Shown here one piece after another: positions 63,785 through 64,000 of a stretch of 64,000 bases of DNA. The notes beneath the pieces were generated by a model. The model was not told where the DNA came from, ran no database searches, and was given only the letters and a program-made list of their open reading frames with translations. The position numbers and the translations under genes are program-made. Numbering within the stretch: position 1 is the first letter of the stretch; the number at the start of each line of letters is the position of its first letter. Source of the stretch: Trichosphaerium sp. ATCC 40318. Its lineage: Eukaryota > Protista > Tubulinea. The stretch lies in the NCBI GenBank assembly GCA_038496445.1, contig JALMLS010000514.1:62001-126000 (forward strand). The letters run 5' to 3'.

Positions 63785-64000
63785 AAACAATTTTATTTTT
63801 TTGTATTGCAACCACGTGATTTCATTTGTATTGTATTTCCAATTGCTGTCTACATAGAGTAAGAAAACTTGATGGAATGGTTACTTTACATGTGTTGAAT
63901 GAATAGGTGCACCTACACAGCGTTTAAGCAGAAAAGCAACGACTTGTTATTAGTTTCAGTGAACTTGAACTCAGGTAGTTTGCCATAATTTAACGCTAAA

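Noticed and set aside
1-64000. Alternative genetic code or U12 introns as the cause of the fragmented ORFs
   Set aside because: Conserved genes reassemble with GT/GC-AG introns and end in TAA, TAG or TGA; no AT-AC or RTATCCTT donors were needed.

Overview
This is eukaryotic, AT-rich (about one third GC by eye) and gene-dense DNA with many short introns (donors mostly GTACGT/GTAAGT, some GCACGT) and the standard genetic code. The gene content points to a free-living protist, probably an amoeba; this is inferred, not proven. About 25 mostly spliced genes were reconstructed by hand. They include an OPT transporter, a KCTD/BTB protein, a Tudor+EVE-like protein, two inverted heme peroxidase paralogues flanking inverted F-box/LRR genes, a pectin acetylesterase/Notum-type hydrolase, an E2-F-box fusion and an F-box fused to a degenerate G-alpha. 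Also present are two Cys-rich secreted proteins, a RhoGAP, UTP11, tRNA-Arg(ACG), an M14A carboxypeptidase, an HxxxDG acyltransferase, TLC and HACD lipid genes, a DUF1771-Smr nuclease and MORN-variant repeat genes. The main highlights are: (1) a full-length homologue of the fungal mating cell-fusion protein Prm1 in an apparently non-fungal genome; (2) an F-box-pseudo-G-alpha fusion among about 8 differently fused F-box genes; (3) roughly 12-fold over-representation of the palindrome CACGTG; (4) a 48-aa protamine-like ORF below the ORF-track cutoff; (5) a divergent pair of MORN-variant genes with mitochondrial-type presequences; (6) a 121-bp inverted repeat containing half a tRNA. All family assignments come from motif recall, not database searches.
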